This document shows positions 53,098-54,459 of a stretch of DNA of 54,459 nucleotides, piece after piece. A model generated the notes under the pieces. It worked only from the letters and a program-made list of their open reading frames with translations. It did no database searches and was not told where the DNA came from. A program made the translations under genes and the position numbers. Within the stretch, counting starts at the first letter, position 1; each line of letters begins with the position of its first letter. This DNA is from Oscillospiraceae bacterium (lineage in GTDB: Bacteria > Bacillota > Clostridia > Oscillospirales > Ruminococcaceae): positions 1-54,459 of the forward strand of contig JAILFE010000199.1 of the NCBI GenBank assembly GCA_024697725.1, read 5' to 3'.

Positions 53098-54459
53098 ATG
53101 GCAAATAAAACTGCATATCGTGAAGCCGATTATGATTTTGCGCCCGACAGTGATGTATCGAGCATGATCTCTTCGGCTATCGCCAACAAAAAGAAAATGC
53201 AGAAATCCAAAAAGCGTGGAAAAGGGATCGCTGTGATCGCTGTAGTATGTACAGTCCTTGTTATATCGATCGCGGGCGTTTATTTTGGCGGCTGGATATC
53301 CTCTATGGGGAAATTTTTGAAAAATACTTATATCAATAATATAGATGTCAGCGGCATGACACTTTCTCAGGCAGTTGATGCCGTGAAATCCGGACCAACT
53401 TCCGAATATCTTGTAGTGACCGGAAGAAGCGGCTCTGTCGAGCATATCCCGCTTGACTTTTTTGATTATAAGTATGACCTCACAAAGGACATCAAGGAGG
53501 TTTTTGATCAGGTCGATCACGCCAATTGGTACAAGTCGTATTTCAAGCAGACCGATTATACGACCAATCCGGAGGTAAAATACGATTATCAGAAGCTTGA
53601 ATATATCCTGCGCAACACAGTATGGGGCAAAATAGATACCAGCGATGCAAAAATGGTCTACGATGATGACGGTTATTACGTTCAGCCTGAGATATACGGT
53701 GATACTGTCGATATCGAGGAGCTCGTCGATTATGTAATGGGCGAGGTCGAAAAGGGTAATCTCAATGTCGATCTTTCCAAGAGCAGATGCTATACCGATC
53801 CTACTGTATTTGCAGAAGATCTCGAGCAGCTGGTTGATGATATGAATGCACATTTCAATTTCGTGATAACGATCGATTTTGATTATACGCAGGAAACACT
53901 CAGCGGCTCCGATGTCTATGACTGGGCAGAGATCGATAACGGTTCGTTCACTCTGGATCACTCAAAGGTTGAATCATACGTGGCGGCTCTCGCTCAGAAA
54001 TACGATACCTTCATGACAACACGTACCTTCAGGACTACAAACAGAGGAGTTATACAGCTTTCGCAGGGTCGTTATTCGACAGGTCAGTACGGCTGGTGGA
54101 TAGATCAGGAAAAAACAGTGGAAAAGCTCATAGACTGCATTGAAGCGGGAGAAAATGTCACAATAGATCCTGAATATGTCCAGCTTGATACCGGCTACTG
54201 TTATGTCGGATTCCCGTCTGACCGATCTGCCGGCGACGATATAGGAAATACCTATATCGAGATAGATCTTTCTGCACAGCATCTGTGGTATTACAGAGAG
54301 GGCGAACTGCTCTTCGAGACTGACCAGATCGTGTCCGGCAAGGCTACCGATTCAAAGAGAAAAACACCCGAGGGAATATACAGCGTTTATATCAAACAGA
54401 CCAATTATACGATGAAGACACCCGAATATACTGCAAAGTGCAGCTATTTCATGCGACTG
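53098..54459 (+). CDS. L,D-transpeptidase (YkuD domain) with an N-terminal TM anchor; the 3' end lies beyond the window
   Basis: Absent from the ORF track because there is no stop in the window. Hand translation from ATG 53098 gives MANKTAYREADYDFAPDSDVSSMISSAIANKKKMQKSKKRGKGIAVIAVVCTVLVISIAGVYFGG...YIEIDLSAQHLWYYREGELLFETDQIVSGKATDSKRKTPEGIYSVYIKQTNYTMKT..., open for 454 codons to the last base. The IDLSxQ...SG...TPxG pattern marks the start of a YkuD domain. Confidence 0.8.
   Translation, partial: MANKTAYREADYDFAPDSDVSSMISSAIANKKKMQKSKKRGKGIAVIAVVCTVLVISIAGVYFGGWISSMGKFLKNTYINNIDVSGMTLSQAVDAVKSGPTSEYLVVTGRSGSVEHIPLDFFDYKYDLTKDIKEVFDQVDHANWYKSYFKQTDYTTNPEVKYDYQKLEYILRNTVWGKIDTSDAKMVYDDDGYYVQPEIYGDTVDIEELVDYVMGEVEKGNLNVDLSKSRCYTDPTVFAEDLEQLVDDMNAHFNFVITIDFDYTQETLSGSDVYDWAEIDNGSFTLDHSKVESYVAALAQKYDTFMTTRTFRTTNRGVIQLSQGRYSTGQYGWWIDQEKTVEKLIDCIEAGENVTIDPEYVQLDTGYCYVGFPSDRSAGDDIGNTYIEIDLSAQHLWYYREGELLFETDQIVSGKATDSKRKTPEGIYSVYIKQTNYTMKTPEYTAKCSYFMRL

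Noticed and set aside
53080-54282. Minus-strand ORFs 53080..53961 and 53974..54282
   Set aside because: They lie antisense to the L,D-transpeptidase reading frame, which stays open for 454 codons and carries YkuD motifs. Their translations are Ile/Cys-rich shadow sequence.
1-54459. CRISPR arrays, tRNA/rRNA genes, IS elements, toxin-antitoxin pairs and known defence-system genes
   Set aside because: By eye I found no regularly spaced repeats, no tRNA T-loop or acceptor patterns, no transposase-like ORFs and no nuclease/ATPase defence signatures. This is a visual scan only; tRNAscan-SE, Infernal, and PADLOC or DefenseFinder should confirm it.

Overview
This looks like a chromosomal core segment of a Firmicutes/Clostridia genome. 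Gene order and codon usage suggest Oscillospiraceae/Ruminococcus, but that is only a taxonomic guess. All calls rest on hand translation and remembered family motifs; no searches were run. I support about 50 protein genes and saw no rRNA, tRNA, CRISPR array or IS element.

Layout, left to right:
- guaA(-), cut by the window start, then a cNMP-binding gene broken by an 8-bp tandem duplication.
- An FtsA-like ATPase with C-terminal ThiS-like repeats, a class B PBP, xer-rqcH, cwlD, a PaaK/CapK-like ligase, and orphan-tyrS-hemW.
- The Bacillus-type string asp23-nusB-(TsaD-like)-xseA-xseB-ispA-DUF212-dxs-tlyA-nadK-argR-recN.
- An M16 peptidase pair, then lgt-folD-leuCDB.
- A minus-strand, accessory-looking string at 32.5-38.9 kb: NodB-like protein, bactofilin, disordered 4-TM protein, self-cleaving XRE/S24 repressor, beta-helix-TerD fusion, and an AT-rich split membrane gene.
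- pgk, then ftsK/spoIIIE and a ClpP/TepA-like gene (-), then a SpoVB/MurJ-like flippase, mazG, hup and rqcP.
- A LacI regulator with a CUT1-type ABC sugar importer, and an L,D-transpeptidase cut by the window end.

The two edge genes (guaA and the L,D-transpeptidase) are missing from the supplied ORF track. Many track ORFs are over-extended at the 5' end, so I give RBS-supported starts instead.

The best candidates for something undescribed are:
- the S24-repressor/TerD-fusion pair;
- the bactofilin / disordered-membrane-protein / NodB-like module next to it;
- the actin-fold ATPase with beta-grasp repeats.
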